From an uncultured Methanosarcinales archaeon (GTDB lineage: Archaea > Nanobdellota > Nanobdellia > Woesearchaeales > JASKKU01), in the NCBI GenBank assembly GCA_964445165.1, contig CAYUJZ010000006.1, positions 1 to 51,318 on the forward strand: DNA of 51,318 nt. Direction: 5' to 3'. Below the pieces are notes generated by a model that saw only the letters and a list, made by a program, of their open reading frames with translations, ran no database searches and was not told the origin of the DNA. Made by a program: the position numbers and the translations under genes. Positions 1 through 9,138 of the stretch are shown here, piece by piece. Numbering within the stretch: position 1 is the stretch's first letter; each line of letters starts with the position of its first letter.

Positions 1-51
1 GGAATAAAATACTTATAACCGCCCTCTAAAAGGCTTACCCAATCCGCTTGA

Positions 52-125
52 TGAGCCCGCGGGGATTTGAACCCCGGACCACTTGATTATCAGTCAAGCA
101 CTCTACCAGTCTAAGCTACGGGCTC
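52..125 (-). tRNA. tRNA-Ile (GAT)
   Basis: Reverse complement GAGCCCG...CGGGCTCA folds as a cloverleaf; anticodon arm CTTGA-CTGATAA-TCAAG; T loop TTCAAAT; TTTATAAA box 24 nt upstream; no encoded CCA. Confidence 0.95.
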
Positions 126-274
126 ATAGTTCGTGAGTTTAGGGTTTTATTTATAAAGTTTGCTTTTAGTTTGCTCTGGATAAGGGTCTGCTTTTAAATA
201 AAAGCAAAAAGTATTTAAACCAGCGATGAAAAAAGTATATTAGTCTATTGGTATTTAAAAAAAGGTGATATGAA

Positions 275-589
275 ATGAGAAAAGCACAGGGCTTAAGCCT
301 GAACTTCGTTATCGTAGGAATAATAGCACTTGTAGTGCTTGTAGTGATTATTCTGGTTTTCACAGGAGGACTAGGGAACTTCGGCGGAGGGACTAGTGAG
401 GTAAGGTATAATAACCTGAAGCAGGAATGCGATGATAAAGGAGGAAAGTGGGAGATCGCTGATAATCCGGATTGTACTGACTTCAGTGATCACTACAGAG
501 AGCCAGGGATACCAACAGTAACAGTCCCAAGAGGATTGCCTGAAGAAGGCAAAAAAGCAATCTGCTGTGTTCCAGAAATAGGTGGATAA
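275..589 (+). CDS. Type IV pilin-like protein 1 (class III signal peptide, Cys-rich head)
   Basis: MRKAQ-GLSLN followed by a ~22-aa hydrophobic helix; C-terminal C..GG.W...C...CC; AGGTGA SD. Confidence 0.85.
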   Translation: MRKAQGLSLNFVIVGIIALVVLVVIILVFTGGLGNFGGGTSEVRYNNLKQECDDKGGKWEIADNPDCTDFSDHYREPGIPTVTVPRGLPEEGKKAICCVPEIGG

Positions 590-591
590 AA

Positions 592-921
592 ATGAAAAAA
601 GCACAAGGATTAAGCCTAAACTTTGTAATCGTTGGGATTATAGCTCTTGTAGTTTTGGTTGTTATTATTTTGATATTCACTGGGGGCTTAACTCCAGTGG
701 ACAAGGACTCAGAAGAACTGCTGTACAACCAGCATATGGCAACATGCGAGCGAGAGTTTCAGGGAACATTAAAGCTAGAATGTGGTGATAAAGAAAACCA
801 AGTATTAAGGCTAGGCTCAGTAACCTATCAGAATGAAAGGTATGTTTGCTGTGTGGAAGCGGATGATAAAGAAGTTGATTCAGGAGGTAGTGAAGGCTCT
901 GTTCAAACCCAGTCTGCGTGA
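592..921 (+). CDS. Type IV pilin-like protein 2 (probably truncated by a frameshift; second Cys domain continues in the -1 frame to 995)
   Basis: MKKAQGLSLNFVIVGIIALVVLVVII N-terminus; C...C...CC head; the -1 frame at 900-995 encodes CSNPVCVSDDDCAEGLKCDTGFGPTQGTCIN. Confidence 0.85.
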   Translation: MKKAQGLSLNFVIVGIIALVVLVVIILIFTGGLTPVDKDSEELLYNQHMATCEREFQGTLKLECGDKENQVLRLGSVTYQNERYVCCVEADDKEVDSGGSEGSVQTQSA

Positions 922-1077
922 GTGATGATGATTGTGCAGAGGGTCTTAAGTGTGATACTGGTTTTGGTCCAACTCAAGGAACTTGTATTAATTAATAATT
1001 GTCAGAACATGTACTAATTTCTTTTTTTTCTTTTTTAGAAACTTATTTAAACCTGCTCTGCTGGGAGTGCTGTTGCT

Positions 1078-1482
1078 ATGAGAAAAGCACAGGGCTTAAG
1101 CCTAAACTATGTCATCGTGGGCATAATTGCTCTTGTGGTGCTTGTTGTGGTTATCCTCATCTTTGCAGGAGGCCTAAACCCTTTTCCTTCAGTGGTTTCA
1201 GAGATGCAATTTAACCAGTATGTAGCCAGGTGCAGGGAGCAGGGAGGGCAGGCAGATACAGAATGTGCAGGCAACCAGCTTTTAAAGGTTGGGTCTGTAA
1301 GCTACAACAACCAGAGATACATCTGCTGCAAGGATTCTGGGCAAGTGAATACTGATATAGGACGTTTAGGGTGGGGAGAATCTTGTGACAAAGACGGAAG
1401 CCCTTTGGATATTTGTGGAGAACCTTATCGATGTGAATACAATCCTGATGAAAATGCATATTTCTGCAGATATTCATCATAA
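1078..1482 (+). CDS. Type IV pilin-like protein 3 with two Cys-rich domains
   Basis: Same class III signal and hydrophobic helix; C-REQGG..C..CC head plus a second 4-Cys domain. Confidence 0.85.
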   Translation: MRKAQGLSLNYVIVGIIALVVLVVVILIFAGGLNPFPSVVSEMQFNQYVARCREQGGQADTECAGNQLLKVGSVSYNNQRYICCKDSGQVNTDIGRLGWGESCDKDGSPLDICGEPYRCEYNPDENAYFCRYSS

Positions 1483-1567
1483 CCTCACAACATCTCACTC
1501 ATTAATAACAGAAACCTTTTTATATCTGGCTTCCCAAAAGGCATATTAACGCTTAAGGAGTGTTAGA

Positions 1568-1822
1568 ATGAGAAAAGCACAGGGCCTGAGCATGAACTAT
1601 GTCATCGTGGGCATAATTGCCCTTGTTGTTCTGGTTGTAATTATAATAATCTTTGTTACAGGAATGAGAGAGCCATCGGAATTTGCAAGAGGCTCACCTG
1701 AGTACGCTTCAGCCAATGCCTGCGACACAGCAGGAGGCGTATGGCACAAGGAAGAGCCGGATAGCTGCAACAGGATTCTTCAGACAGTTATAAAGGCAGG
1801 GTTTTGCTGCAAGAGGGAGTAA
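1568..1822 (+). CDS. Type IV pilin-like protein 4
   Basis: MRKAQGLSMNYVIVGIIALVVLVVII; CDTAGGVW...C...CC; AAGGAG SD. Confidence 0.85.
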   Translation: MRKAQGLSMNYVIVGIIALVVLVVIIIIFVTGMREPSEFARGSPEYASANACDTAGGVWHKEEPDSCNRILQTVIKAGFCCKRE

Positions 1823-1970
1823 TCCTGATTATTCTGTTATCTTGTATTCCAAAAGCCAGATAAATATGAAAAAAACCAATAATTTTTATATAAGTTAATA
1901 CTACTTCTTATATGTTTTATATAATTTAAATATCTACACATAATTAAATAAAAAGCCAGGAGGAGAAAAA

Positions 1971-2192
1971 ATGCCAACCATAACCCTGTCTGTGCCAGAA
2001 GACCTTAAGCGGCAGATGGATGAGGAAAAGGAGATAAACTGGTCAGAAGTAGCCAGGTCAGCAATAAAAAATAAGCTGTCCCAGCTAAAAATTCTAAGGG
2101 CAATCTCAGCCAAGTCAAAGCTTACAGAGAAGGATGCTTTGGAACTGGCAAAAAAGATTAACAAGTCCCTGCAGGAAAAGTATGCAGAATAA
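1971..2192 (+). CDS. Antitoxin, ribbon-helix-helix type (VapB-like)
   Basis: MPTITLSVPEDLKRQM...INWSEVARSAI RHH pattern; directly upstream of a PIN gene; AGGAG SD. Confidence 0.8.
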   Translation: MPTITLSVPEDLKRQMDEEKEINWSEVARSAIKNKLSQLKILRAISAKSKLTEKDALELAKKINKSLQEKYAE

Positions 2193-2193
2193 A

Positions 2194-2598
2194 ATGCAAC
2201 TAGTTGTCGACGCAAATGTCTTAATGTCTGCGCTTATTGCAACCCAGGGAAAAACCTTTGACTTGATATTTAATGATAGAATAAAGCTCTTCGCCCCGGA
2301 ATTCCTATTTGAGGAATTCCAGAAATACAAAGCAGAAATCTTGAGAAAGTCTGGGCTTTCAGAACCAGAGCTTAGCTTGTTCTTGACTTTAGTTAGCTCG
2401 AGAATAGAAACAGTGCCAAGGCAAGAGTTTAAACAGCTAATTAAAAAAGCAGTAGGCTCTATTACTGACAAAAAGGACGCCCCATATATAGCATTAGCTT
2501 TGCATTTATGCTGTAGTGTCTGGTCAAACGATAAAAAGCTTAAGGAGCAGGATTTGGCTAAGGTTTACAGTACAACCGAATTGCTTAGGCTATTCTAG
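2194..2598 (+). CDS. PIN-domain ribonuclease toxin (VapC-like)
   Basis: LVVDANVLMSAL, DKKDAPYIALAL and WSNDKKL PIN motifs; start set at ATG 2194, 1 nt after the antitoxin stop. Confidence 0.88.
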   Translation: MQLVVDANVLMSALIATQGKTFDLIFNDRIKLFAPEFLFEEFQKYKAEILRKSGLSEPELSLFLTLVSSRIETVPRQEFKQLIKKAVGSITDKKDAPYIALALHLCCSVWSNDKKLKEQDLAKVYSTTELLRLF

Positions 2599-2673
2599 CT
2601 TCATTCCTTAACTTTTCCCCCAAAACAGAAACCTATTTAAACAACCGTGCCAGAGAAAGCCAAAGGTGAAAGC

Positions 2674-2931
2674 ATGAAAAAAGCACAGGGCCTGAGCATG
2701 AACTATGTTATCGTAGGCATAATCGCTCTCGTAGTTTTAGTGGTTATAATACTGATATTCACGACCGGAATGAGAGAGCCAGCAGAAATGTCCAGGGACT
2801 CGCCTGAATACGCAGCAAGAAATGCCTGTGACCTTGGCGGTGGGGTCTGGTCTGATGCCGATGAATGCCCAACTGGCAAAAAGCAAATTCTCGAAGCGCA
2901 GATAAGAACAGGAGTCTGCTGCGAGAAATAA
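2674..2931 (+). CDS. Type IV pilin-like protein 5 (closest paralog of pilin 4)
   Basis: MKKAQGLSMNYVIVG...; shares TGMREP and SPEYA.NACD..GGVW with pilin 4; AGGTGA SD before ATG 2674. Confidence 0.85.
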   Translation: MKKAQGLSMNYVIVGIIALVVLVVIILIFTTGMREPAEMSRDSPEYAARNACDLGGGVWSDADECPTGKKQILEAQIRTGVCCEK

Positions 2932-3834
2932 CTACATCTTTTCCAGTGCCTTTATCCTGTCCTCGGTGGCAGGGTGGGTGCTGAATGCCTTTTTTATTAT
3001 CTTATGCGGGTCAGAGATGTACATAGGCGCAACGCTTTTGTCAATCTTTGTCTGCCTTTTCGTAGTGTAGAAATCCTCAATCTTCTTCAGCGCATTAATC
3101 AGGCCTTTAGGGTTTCTCGTCAGCTGTACCGAGCCGGCATCAGCCATGTACTCCCTTTTCCTGGAGATGGCGAAATACACAATCCTCAGCACAATAGGCG
3201 CAAGTATTGCCAGCAGTATGCCAATTATAATAAGCAGGAAGTCGCCCCCGCCGTTCTTTCCGCCTCTTCTGCCTCCAATCCCGCCCCAGAAAAGGCTTCT
3301 TAGCATTATCTGCGATACAATCGCAACCAGGCCGACCACAACAGTAACAATAGTAATGTACCTGATGTCATAATGCTTAATGTGGCTGAGCTCGTGCGCA
3401 ATAACCCCTTCAAGCTCGTACTTTGTAAGTGTCTCCAGTGCCCCTTCTGTAACACAAACCACTGATTTATCAGGCTTTGTGCCGGCAGCGAATGCATTAA
3501 TCTCCTTTGACGGCATCACATAAACCTTGGGCTTTGGTATGCCTGCAGCCATGGAAAGCCCTTCCACAAGATTGTTAAGCACAGTAAACTTTGCGCCTTC
3601 AGCAGGGTAAGCCCTAGCAGAGGCAAGCGCAATCCTGCTTGAGTTCGTGTATGAGATAAAGGTAATTATAATGGATATTGTGCTTGCAATAATCAGCATA
3701 AAGAAAGGGTCATAGCCAAAGGCTACTGTAATAACCCAGATAAAGCCGCCAGTTAGGATGAAAGCCAGAATAAGAAAAAAGAAAGAAAGAACATTGTTCC
3801 TCCTGATTTGGTCCTGAAAATGTGCTTTCGCCAT
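2932..3834 (-). CDS. htpX: HtpX / M48 zinc metalloprotease
   Basis: INAFAAG, HELSH, SRKREYMADAG and STHP motifs; TM helices; downstream of lemA. Confidence 0.93.
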   Translation of the reverse strand: MAKAHFQDQIRRNNVLSFFFLILAFILTGGFIWVITVAFGYDPFFMLIIASTISIIITFISYTNSSRIALASARAYPAEGAKFTVLNNLVEGLSMAAGIPKPKVYVMPSKEINAFAAGTKPDKSVVCVTEGALETLTKYELEGVIAHELSHIKHYDIRYITIVTVVVGLVAIVSQIMLRSLFWGGIGGRRGGKNGGGDFLLIIIGILLAILAPIVLRIVYFAISRKREYMADAGSVQLTRNPKGLINALKKIEDFYTTKRQTKIDKSVAPMYISDPHKIIKKAFSTHPATEDRIKALEKM

Positions 3835-3835
3835 T

Positions 3836-4387
3836 TTAGAAGCTTACTTTTGGCACTACCTTGTCTTCCTGCGGAATCTCCAGGTATTTCTTCCCGTCTT
3901 TCTTCATCATCCCGGCAACAAGGTTTGAAGGGAACTTCTCCACAATGTTGTTGAAGCTCAGCACAGAGTCATTGTAGTGCTGCCTTGCATACGCAACCTT
4001 GTCCTCAATCCCTGAAAGCTCATGCTGCAGGTGCAGAAAGTTCTCATTTGCCCTTAGCTGAGGGTAGTTCTCAGCAACCGCAAACAGGCTCTTAAGGGTT
4101 TTCTGCAGCTCGTTGCCTGCCTTTGCCTTCTCTTCAAGGTTCTTTGCATTCACCACAGAAGCCCTTGCCTTGGTAATGTTCTCCAGGAGCTCCTTCTCGT
4201 GCTTTGCATAGCCCTTTACAGTATTGATAAGGTTAGGCACAAGGTCAGCCCTTTTCTTCAGCTGCACATCAATCTGCGAGCCGGCATTGTCAATTCGGTT
4301 CTCCAGCACAACTATCCTGTTGTAATAGCCAATAAAAAAGAGCACAACCAGGATTACAAGTATCCCAAGTATTATTATTCCTATCAT
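3836..4387 (-). CDS. lemA: LemA family protein
   Basis: N-terminal TM; IDVQLKKRADLVPNL, AVAENYPQLRA and ARQHYN motifs. Confidence 0.95.
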   Translation of the reverse strand: MIGIIILGILVILVVLFFIGYYNRIVVLENRIDNAGSQIDVQLKKRADLVPNLINTVKGYAKHEKELLENITKARASVVNAKNLEEKAKAGNELQKTLKSLFAVAENYPQLRANENFLHLQHELSGIEDKVAYARQHYNDSVLSFNNIVEKFPSNLVAGMMKKDGKKYLEIPQEDKVVPKVSF

Positions 4388-4475
4388 CTTGCAGGAATGA
4401 GAATTATCTTGTTTAAATAGTTTGTGGAATTATTAGAAAACAAAATAAAAAAAAAGAAAAAAACCTAAGCAGAGC

Positions 4476-6665
4476 TTAGTTTACTGTTACATCGCTCAGG
4501 GTTGCCCCGGATATCTCGACTTCTGTCTTGCCTGCAAAGTCATCTGCAAAGCTTGCGAAATCTGCAAGGACTTCGGTTGCAAGCACGGTGTCAGCGCCTT
4601 CGTAGCCCGCGACAAGCAATGCGTAGCTGTCCTCAAACTCAAACAGCTTAATCATTGCCTTGCCTGGCTCAAACCCTTCAGCGCAGTTCTCTGGGTTGCC
4701 CAGAAGTGCAGCTGCTGCGGTGTTTGCGCATGGCCCGCCGATTACGATGTAGTTTGCAGTCTTTACTGCTTCAGGTGTTGCAAGCTCGGTGTCCATAATA
4801 GCCAAGCCTACTGGCAGTGCAGAGCCGCCGACAGAAACAATCTTTCCATCAGGCACTACATCTCCTACGCCAACTGTAACCTTTCCAGCCTCAGTTGCAA
4901 GGACATCCTTTCCTGCGTAAACCCTGTATCTGACGATATCGTCAGGCAGTGCAAACTTGGCAATCCTTGTCTCCCTGTTGTAGCTGACAACCTCTATGCC
5001 TTCGTCGCTCTTGTGCTCAGACCTGTAGATGTTTCCAGGGGTGTCATAGATGTATGTCTCGTCCCAGTAGCCATCTACAGGGTCGTTGTCCAGCTCAATG
5101 GTAAAAGTCCTGTCGTTGCTTCCATCATTGTCGACATCTGCTTCAAGGTAGAAAGTTGCGTTAGATCCAAGTTCTCCATTAAAGCCGAAGGTATACTTTG
5201 CGTCTCCTACTGCGAAGTTGATTTCATCGGTTCCTAGCTTAAAGTCGTCGAACTTATCCTTGTCAGCGCCGCTCATTGCATAGACGAACCAGGTGTTGTC
5301 GTCTGTTCCGTTGTACTCCAGTGTTGCGCTTGTTCCCCTGAATCTCTCGTTGCCAAACTCAACATTTTTTATTCCTGCATCAAATTCCAGCACAACCCTG
5401 TCAACTCCTGCAGTGGTTGCTGAGGAGGTGGTCTGCCTTATATCAAAGTTCCCAAACTTCTGCTGCGTCAAGCCAGTGAATCCCACTGCTGCATAGCCCA
5501 GCATGCTAATCTGGTTTCCTTCGTAGATTTTTACAATATCGGCAGTCTCTCTCTCAACCTTGCCTTCCTGCTCCCATTTGTCGTCATCAGAGTTAAGAGC
5601 TACTTCAATGTGGATTGTTTCTGCAGTCTTATTAACAACAAGGGCGGTCAGATTCCAGATTTTGTCAGAGTCAAGCCAGTCTCCAACGTCCATCTTTCCG
5701 CTCTCAAGTGAGAACCTTGCGGTGTACTCGCTTGTCTGGGCGCTAAAGAACACGTTTTCGAGGTAAACCCTTACATCAATATCAGCACCCCTGTCTCTTA
5801 GCTTTGCATTTTTTCCTTCTTCAATGGTTTCTGTGTCTACGATTAAGCCATCCTCGTCAAGCAAGGAGAATGTTACATAGCCATCAAGCCCTGCTGACCC
5901 GGCTTCGTAGATCTCCTCTATCACAAGGGTGTATCCCTCATAGCCGTATGGCCCAAGTGCAACCTCGTCTGCTACTTTTTTATGCAGGTTTACATTTGCA
6001 AGCTGCAGTGTCTCGTTGTCAAACTTCTTGCTGTCGTCGTCCCAGTCAGCTACGACATAGTAGACTTTTCCTAACAGCTCAATCCTGTACTTGAACTCGT
6101 CTCCTGCTTCTGCATCCTTTACAAAGTCGTCTATCTCTTCCTGGACATCGTCGTCTCCAAAGGTTATGTTATATCCCATCTTTGCATAGACAACAGGGAC
6201 TGAGTCCGAGTCTTCATAGGCATGAACCCGAAAGTCAAGGTTTTCCTCTATGTCATCTTCGCCATAGCCCACAAAGTGGTTCCAAACGCTGTCGTCTTCG
6301 TCGAATAAGAGCTTCCTGTATTCGCCCTTTGCTGGGAAGTCGTCTACATTGCCATCAGTGCTATTCCAACCAGTAAGTTCTCTCTCGTCGAATGCAACTG
6401 CATTTACTACAAGGCCTTCCTCGCCTTCTATAACTACGGTACCTTCTCCTCCTGCGGCTGAGAAGCTTGCTGCGATATTGACGGCACCAATGACGTCAAT
6501 AACAGCGGCTTTCTCGCCGAGAACCAGCTGAGACTCCACTATCCCATCCTCTACGAATGGGGCCGGATAGTCTCCCAGGTCAACTGCTGCTCCAAAAGTG
6601 GATGCCCCAAAAATAACGGCAACACCAAGGGCAGCAATTTTTGTTATTCCCTTTAGTCCTTTCAT
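4476..6665 (-). CDS. S-layer protein (S_layer_N/S_layer_C type)
   Basis: Signal peptide; DLGDYPAPFV...VLGEKAAVIDVIGAVNIA N-terminus; IVIGGPCANTAAA...LLVAGYEGADT C-terminus; acidic; GGAGG SD before ATG 6665. Confidence 0.88.
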   Translation of the reverse strand: MKGLKGITKIAALGVAVIFGASTFGAAVDLGDYPAPFVEDGIVESQLVLGEKAAVIDVIGAVNIAASFSAAGGEGTVVIEGEEGLVVNAVAFDERELTGWNSTDGNVDDFPAKGEYRKLLFDEDDSVWNHFVGYGEDDIEENLDFRVHAYEDSDSVPVVYAKMGYNITFGDDDVQEEIDDFVKDAEAGDEFKYRIELLGKVYYVVADWDDDSKKFDNETLQLANVNLHKKVADEVALGPYGYEGYTLVIEEIYEAGSAGLDGYVTFSLLDEDGLIVDTETIEEGKNAKLRDRGADIDVRVYLENVFFSAQTSEYTARFSLESGKMDVGDWLDSDKIWNLTALVVNKTAETIHIEVALNSDDDKWEQEGKVERETADIVKIYEGNQISMLGYAAVGFTGLTQQKFGNFDIRQTTSSATTAGVDRVVLEFDAGIKNVEFGNERFRGTSATLEYNGTDDNTWFVYAMSGADKDKFDDFKLGTDEINFAVGDAKYTFGFNGELGSNATFYLEADVDNDGSNDRTFTIELDNDPVDGYWDETYIYDTPGNIYRSEHKSDEGIEVVSYNRETRIAKFALPDDIVRYRVYAGKDVLATEAGKVTVGVGDVVPDGKIVSVGGSALPVGLAIMDTELATPEAVKTANYIVIGGPCANTAAAALLGNPENCAEGFEPGKAMIKLFEFEDSYALLVAGYEGADTVLATEVLADFASFADDFAGKTEVEISGATLSDVTVN

Positions 6666-6837
6666 TTTTTTTATTCCTCCATCTAACAAAGACGCGCAGA
6701 ATTCAGAGTTTTGCTAATATCTAAATAGCCAAATAGCACCGCTTATATATAAACCTTTCGGAATACTTAGGTGCTTTTGGGCTGATTATAGTGAATAAGC
6801 CGCCAGGTTTTTAAATATTCCCTTGCTTTCATTATGA

Positions 6838-7839
6838 ATGCGAAACAGGTTTCCTGATTGGATGCAACTTGACAATTACTCAAAGAGCTATTCCACCCCT
6901 GAAGAATATGCAAAGCACAGGGTTGATTTAATTTTAAGAATCTTCGGCAGCAGAAAGACAGCAGACATCTCCTGCGGGGCAGGCTCCCAGCTGATTTATC
7001 TCTGCCAGAAGCTGAAGGCAATTGGCATAGAAAAAGACAAGGCAAGGTTCCAGCTCGCACAAAAAAACACCGAAGAGGCTTTTAAGAGAGGAATTATTAA
7101 ATACAGGCCGGAAATCCTCAACATCGGCTTCCGCCAGGCAAAAGACTTTCTCACAGATGCAGAAATCATCTTGTCAGACCCGTACAGGAATAAGGAAAGC
7201 ATTTCTCCCTCATTTAACGAAGTTTTAGAATTTTTCCCAAAAAAGAAAATAGCCTACGAGTTCAGGCCTAGGGAAACATTAGCTATTCTCTTAAGCAGGC
7301 ACCCGCAGCTTAAGCAAGCCACAATAGAGTTCTACGGAGAAGCCCAGAGGTGCTCCCGGCTTACAGCCTTTTACCCAGTTAAAGACCCGAAGGCAGTTTT
7401 TTACCAGCATGACGAAGCACTGAATCTTGCTTTAAGCTTTCCTATGGGCGAAGCAGAAATAATACTAAAAAAGCCCATCAGGCAGCTCCAGAGCTTTCCG
7501 GATTCCTTTACTATAATAAATAGGGCAGTCACAGAAAACGGCTTCCACACCCGGCTAAAAGGCGCTTTCCTTAAGCTGGATGAAAGAAGGCTTATTTACA
7601 CAGGAAAAGATGTGCCAGCCAGGTACAGGACTATCTTTTCATCAGCAGAGGCATCAGAAGTTTCAGCATACCTGCACAAGGCATTCTCGGATTTTGCCAC
7701 AGAGCTAAGGCTCAGCATCCCTCCAGGAGAATACTGGAAGTTTATGAATAAGCACAATCTGGCAAATAACCCAAACTCAAAAAACAGGCTTAGCCTATTC
7801 TATTTTAATAATATCTATTACCTGGCCAGGGATTTGTAA
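6838..7839 (+). CDS. Class I SAM-dependent methyltransferase, probably RNA-acting
   Basis: ADISCGAGS motif I, GIEKD acidic motif II, LSDPYR motif IV-like; substrate not determinable from sequence. Confidence 0.7.
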   Translation: MRNRFPDWMQLDNYSKSYSTPEEYAKHRVDLILRIFGSRKTADISCGAGSQLIYLCQKLKAIGIEKDKARFQLAQKNTEEAFKRGIIKYRPEILNIGFRQAKDFLTDAEIILSDPYRNKESISPSFNEVLEFFPKKKIAYEFRPRETLAILLSRHPQLKQATIEFYGEAQRCSRLTAFYPVKDPKAVFYQHDEALNLALSFPMGEAEIILKKPIRQLQSFPDSFTIINRAVTENGFHTRLKGAFLKLDERRLIYTGKDVPARYRTIFSSAEASEVSAYLHKAFSDFATELRLSIPPGEYWKFMNKHNLANNPNSKNRLSLFYFNNIYYLARDL

Positions 7840-7904
7840 AAATCCTGCATGCAATTCAGAAAGATTTTTAAACTCCGGCTGAAATGAAGGAGCAAGGTGA
7901 TAGG

Positions 7905-8063
7905 ATGATACCCTTAGAAATACTACTCTTTCCAAGCATGACCGATATGGGCCCAACTGCCTGGTTTAAGGGGCTTTTATTTGGCATTATCCTTATGACG
8001 ATAGTCTTTGCCCTGCTGCTTATAGGCATCATACCGTTCCCTTTCCACCTCTGCATTGGCTAG
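7905..8063 (+). CDS. Small single-pass membrane protein (52 aa), not in ORF track
   Basis: MIPLEILLFPSMTDMGPTAWFKGLLFGIILMTIVFALLLIGIIPFPFHLCIG; AGGTGA SD; TTTTTAAA box upstream. Confidence 0.6.
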   Translation: MIPLEILLFPSMTDMGPTAWFKGLLFGIILMTIVFALLLIGIIPFPFHLCIG

Positions 8064-8166
8064 TGGGTTTTTGCTTATTCTTTTTCACACTTCAGTTTAA
8101 TTTAAATAAGAGTGTGCTTTCTCTTTTCACTAGTGGGCATTGTTCCTACACTTTCGAGGTGGACAA

Positions 8167-9126
8167 ATGTTTAAGCTAGGAATACCGCAAAGCCAGGAAG
8201 CTGTTGATACAGAAAAAGCCTATCAGGCTGTAATCATCGGGAGAGGATCAGCTGCATACACAGCAGCGATATACTCAGCAAGATACAAGCTGGATTCACT
8301 AATAATCGGCAAGGAGCATGGAGGCGCAATCACAGATGCCCACCTTGTTGAGAATTATCCCGGCACTCTGAAAATCTCGGGCGCTGGCTTAATGAATTCT
8401 TTTCTTGAGCATGTAAAGAAATACAAAGTGCCAATCCTTGAAGACACAGTAGTAGATATAAAAAAGCAGGATTCCCTTTTCCATATCACAACAAGGCAGA
8501 ACATCATAATCAAATCCCGCTCAGTAATAATTGCAACAGGAACAAAAAGAAGGCAGCTTGACGTTCCCGGCTCAGAGAAGTTTTTGAGAAAAGGCATCAG
8601 CTACTGCGCAATCTGCGACGGGCCTTTCTATCAGGACAAGGAAGTCGGCGTAATAGGCGGCTCAGACGCAGCAGCAAGCTCAGCAGTCCTGCTCTCCCAG
8701 TACGCAAAGAAAGCTTACATCATTTACAGGAGAGACAAGCTCAGGTGCGAGCCTTACTGGCTTGACTTAATTAAAAAGCAGCCAAACATCGAGATAATCT
8801 ACAACAGCAATGTTGTAGGGCTTATAGGCGAAGAAAAGCTTGAGAAAGTGAAGCTTGACACAGGCAACACACTTGAGCTGCAGGGCCTGTTTATAGAAAT
8901 AGGATCAGTACCCTCAAGCGAGATGACAAAAAGCCTTGGCCTGGCACTAGACAAGCCAGGATTTATTGTGGTTAATGCAGAGATGAAAACAAACATCCCT
9001 GGAATTTACGCAGCAGGAGATATCACAAGCCTGCTCCCAAGGTTCAAGCAGGTTGTAGTTTCAGCAGCCCAGGGAGCAACAGCAGCAAACTCTGCCTATG
9101 ATTATATTAAAAGCTTAAAAGATTAA
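8167..9126 (+). CDS. trxB: Thioredoxin reductase
   Basis: FAD-binding IIGRGSAAYTAA, IIATG, CAICDG redox motif, GGSDAA, YAAGDIT. Confidence 0.92.
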   Translation: MFKLGIPQSQEAVDTEKAYQAVIIGRGSAAYTAAIYSARYKLDSLIIGKEHGGAITDAHLVENYPGTLKISGAGLMNSFLEHVKKYKVPILEDTVVDIKKQDSLFHITTRQNIIIKSRSVIIATGTKRRQLDVPGSEKFLRKGISYCAICDGPFYQDKEVGVIGGSDAAASSAVLLSQYAKKAYIIYRRDKLRCEPYWLDLIKKQPNIEIIYNSNVVGLIGEEKLEKVKLDTGNTLELQGLFIEIGSVPSSEMTKSLGLALDKPGFIVVNAEMKTNIPGIYAAGDITSLLPRFKQVVVSAAQGATAANSAYDYIKSLKD

Positions 9127-9138
9127 GGAGGCAAAAAA

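Noticed and set aside
1523-1862. 10-bp inverted repeat (TATCTGGCTT / AAGCCAGATA) flanking pilin 4 as an invertible segment
   Set aside because: Short, not extendable, plausible by chance, and no recombinase nearby.
275-2931. CRISPR array, DGR or silent pilS-type cassettes as the explanation for the repeated pilin 5' ends
   Set aside because: The repeats are coding with synonymous differences, the genes have their own starts and mostly their own TATA/SD, and no cas, reverse transcriptase or adenine-specific template/variable pair is present.
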